Below, in pieces: positions 62,680 through 64,000 of a stretch of 64,000 nt of DNA. The DNA comes from Eledone cirrhosa (Eukaryota), in assembly GCA_964016885.1 (NCBI GenBank), contig OZ024755.1, positions 20,584,001 to 20,648,000 of the forward strand, read 5' to 3'. The notes below the pieces were generated by a model. That model was not told the DNA's origin, made no database searches, and saw nothing but the letters and a program-made list of their open reading frames with translations. The number at the start of each line of letters is the position of its first letter. Position 1 is the stretch's first letter. Made by a program: the position numbers and the translations under genes.

Positions 62680-63531
62680 AACAGCAGGTGGTAGATGACT
62701 AATGTCATCCTTTTGTTCGAACGGTAGCTGAGAGAAAACAATCAACAATTGTTGTGGAGTGTTTGCTCTTTATCAAAATTGTATTTCTCATCTCTGCTAG
62801 AGAAAGAGAGAGTGAGAGAGAGAATGGAAGATATCAAAAAGCTTTTAAAAAACTCAATACTTAGTGCTGGATATATGTATGAATTAAATAAGCTACAGTT
62901 TAGAGCCTCGCAATATGCAGGGGCCTCAAAAAAGAAATATTTCCATTTTGTTTTTTAGTGAGACCTTCTGGTGCAATGTTTTAACAAGGTCTCCAAGCTT
63001 TATTTTATATAGTATAAGCCCTTATACAGCATAGAGTCTTATATAGTGTAGGGCCTTATATAGTGTAGAGCCTTATATAGGGTAGAGCCTTATATAGTGT
63101 AGAGCCTTATATAGTGTAGAGTCTTATATAGTGTAGAGTCTTATATAGTGTAGGGCCTTATATAGTGTAGAGCCTTATATAGTGTAGAGTCTTATATAGT
63201 GTAGGGCCTTATATAGTGTAGAGCCTTCTATAGTGTAGAGCCTTATACAGCATAGGGCCTTATATAGTGTAGGGCCTTATACAGCATAGGGCCTTATATA
63301 GTGTAGGGCCTTATATAGTGTAGAGCCTTATATAGCGTAGGGCCTTATATAACATGAGACCTTACTAAGTCTTAATTTTGTACTCTCAGTACTACAGAGG
63401 AAAAAAATAAATAAAATAAACTAAAGAAGATTTGTTTCCTACTTTCCACTTCTAACCAGAGTTGGATCACAGTGAGAAAGTTCCTCTTCTTCTTCCTGTT
63501 TTGGACAAACTGCAGGTGTCTTGCGGTTTAT
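46696..63531 (-). CDS. SLC4: SLC4 Na+-coupled bicarbonate transporter (NBC/NDCBE-like), 3' part: 13 exons, 724 aa; 5' end outside the window
   Basis: Exons 63531-63443, 61173-60999, 59586-59453, 58579-58087, 55184-55071, 54025-53861, 53132-52954, 51568-51496, 51385-51317, 50337-50161, 49863-49705, 48554-48346 and 46834-46696 splice in frame (2175 nt). Motifs: [44 protein letters not shown], four-Cys glycosylated extracellular loop 3, [14 protein letters not shown] (Na+-coupled clade; AE-type has FLESQIT), [41 protein letters not shown]. The paralogue (A4/7/8/10) cannot be assigned by eye. Confidence 0.95.
46940..47170. repeat. 48-bp tandem array expanded inside an RTE-tail element
   Basis: AAAAGCACCCAGCCCACACTGTAAAGTGGACGTGTAAAAGAC x 4-5. 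Confidence 0.85.
48128..48313 (-). mobile_element. tRNA-derived SINE, nearly identical to 36790-36980
   Basis: Reverse complement of the 36.8-kb copy; lies about 30 nt inside the last SLC4 intron. Confidence 0.85.
48346..48554 (-). CDS. SLC4: SLC4 penultimate exon (GC donor)
   Basis: GVQLLSRD...[20 protein letters not shown]...ENT; ends at AG|GCAAGT in phase 2. Confidence 0.78.
48668..49430. repeat. Compound (TA)n/(TATG) microsatellite with a short duplicated RTE-tail fragment
   Basis: Long TA tracts; 48590-48665 and 49148-49215 are related direct copies. Confidence 0.9.
49705..49863 (-). CDS. SLC4: SLC4 exon (end of TM14, C-tail)
   Basis: [28 protein letters not shown]...GNEE. Confidence 0.93.
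50161..50337 (-). CDS. SLC4: SLC4 exon (TM13-14)
   Basis: [25 protein letters not shown]...VSIVFPIM. Confidence 0.95.
51317..51385 (-). CDS. SLC4: SLC4 exon (TM12)
   Basis: [23 protein letters not shown]. Confidence 0.94.
51496..51568 (-). CDS. SLC4: SLC4 exon (TM11)
   Basis: (R)[24 protein letters not shown]. Confidence 0.92.
51635..51828. mobile_element. piggyBac-type MITE
   Basis: TTAA TSDs with CCCTTTAGCATTTA TIRs. Confidence 0.75.
52296..52915 (+). mobile_element. RTE-clade LINE 3' end (SLC4 intron)
   Basis: [33 protein letters not shown]; (GAT)n tail. Confidence 0.85.
52954..53132 (-). CDS. SLC4: SLC4 exon (TM9-10)
   Basis: [12 protein letters not shown]...[37 protein letters not shown]. 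Confidence 0.95.
53155..53455. repeat. AT-rich minisatellite, about 43-bp unit
   Basis: GACAAAACTTTAAAATTAGGTAAATATTAATGGGTTTATATT x about 7. Confidence 0.85.
53861..54025 (-). CDS. SLC4: SLC4 exon (TM8)
   Basis: [12 protein letters not shown]...[22 protein letters not shown]. Confidence 0.95.
54636..54876 (+). mobile_element. Non-autonomous Helitron
   Basis: A|TCTATATATATAAAA 5' end with (TCTG)n, subterminal hairpin GCCTGGCAACGACAGGC and CTAG|T 3' end. Confidence 0.75.
55071..55184 (-). CDS. SLC4: SLC4 exon (TM7)
   Basis: [38 protein letters not shown]. Confidence 0.93.
56405..57200 (-). mobile_element. RTE-clade LINE 3' end, inverted relative to the 52296 copy, with an internal tandem duplication of about 111 bp
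   Basis: ORF 56907-57221 [24 protein letters not shown]; about 56510-56730 is duplicated; (CAT)n tail on the + strand. Confidence 0.85.
57231..57336. repeat. 51-bp hairpin with a 4-nt loop, flanked by (TA)n
   Basis: TATCTAAAAT...GTAAAGTGTG-CTTA-CACACTTTAC...ATTTTAGATA; one G-T pair. Confidence 0.95.
57486..57542 (+). ncRNA. Degenerate hammerhead-like motif in a repeated (TA)n-flanked cassette
   Basis: TTGAAGA..TACTTATctctacATGAGTA..GAAA-catatg-TA-aatgt; palindromic ACATATGT. The 3' half recurs at about 56305-56385 and the 5' half at about 57677-57712. Confidence 0.4.
58087..58579 (-). CDS. SLC4: SLC4 exon (TM4-6, extracellular loop 3)
   Basis: [13 protein letters not shown]...[10 protein letters not shown]...ECMC...LNC...[13 protein letters not shown]...[10 protein letters not shown]. 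Confidence 0.95.
59453..59586 (-). CDS. SLC4: SLC4 exon (TM2-3)
   Basis: [44 protein letters not shown]. Confidence 0.95.
60999..61173 (-). CDS. SLC4: SLC4 exon (TM1)
   Basis: [28 protein letters not shown]...[14 protein letters not shown]. Confidence 0.95.
61806..62013. mobile_element. piggyBac-type MITE
   Basis: TTAA|CCCTTTAGCATTTA ... TAAATGCTAAAGGA|TTAA; same family at 51635-51828, 51927-52095, 19457-19592 and about 14360-14470. Confidence 0.75.
63015..63350. repeat. 18-bp minisatellite
   Basis: GCCTTATATAGTGTAGAG x about 18. Confidence 0.9.
63443..63531 (-). CDS. SLC4: SLC4 exon (linker before TM1)
   Basis: [29 protein letters not shown](K); AG/GT; the phase-2 end matches the next exon (LFGGL). 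Confidence 0.85.
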
Positions 63532-63626
63532 CTTTAATAGACAGTAGAAAAAATATGGGTATATTAATTACATTCAAACATTAACCATTTTGTTACCATA
63601 TTTCCAATGAAAGATACTAATAAAAT

Positions 63627-63679
<53 letters not shown>

Positions 63680-64000
63680 AGGTTTTTAGATAAATATAAA
63701 CAATTTAAAAATTGTATATATGTATGTATGGACACATAACTCCTGATGCAATCGTAGGGGTGCTGTAGTGACAAACAGTATGTTTTAGACCTTTTAAACA
63801 CCAGGTCTGCACAGAACTGATTTCTTCCAGAGAAGGAGAGAGAGTGTGATAGGGAAGAAGTGAGAAAGAGATGAAGAGGAAGAATTGATCCCAATACTAG
63901 ACTGGTACTTTTTTTATCAACCTCGAAAGGATGAAAGGGAGTTAACCTCACTTAGTTTTTAACTAAGTGCTGAAAGTTGGAACAAATACCATACCACAAA

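Overview
AT-rich, repeat-dense eukaryotic genomic DNA, most likely from an octopod cephalopod (inferred from the (TA)n load and SINE/LINE repertoire, not proven). Three protein-coding genes are supported. (1) An intronless PHPT1/janus-ocnus phosphohistidine phosphatase (4526-4903, -). (2) An 8-coding-exon snurportin-1 gene (12133-19176, +, 397 aa by manual splicing). (3) The 3' 13 exons of an SLC4 Na+-coupled bicarbonate transporter (63531 down to 46696, -; 5' end outside the window). Its last intron is best read as GC-AG and its C-terminus ends in a PDZ-type ESKM motif. The rest is tRNA-derived SINEs, fragments of RTE, CR1, Tx1, CRE and R4/Dong LINEs, piggyBac and Tc1/mariner MITEs, a Helitron, and mini/microsatellites. 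The most notable unannotated signal is a set of sequence-diverse hammerhead ribozyme motifs (CUGANGA...GAAA...UH, often with a palindromic stem III) in short cassettes at (TA)n tracts. Two have intact cores and stems (30595-30659 -, 45905-45964 +). Three cluster within about 420 bp just downstream of the SLC4 stop codon, and one of those is sense to the SLC4 transcript and followed by AATAAA. All coordinates and folds were read by eye.
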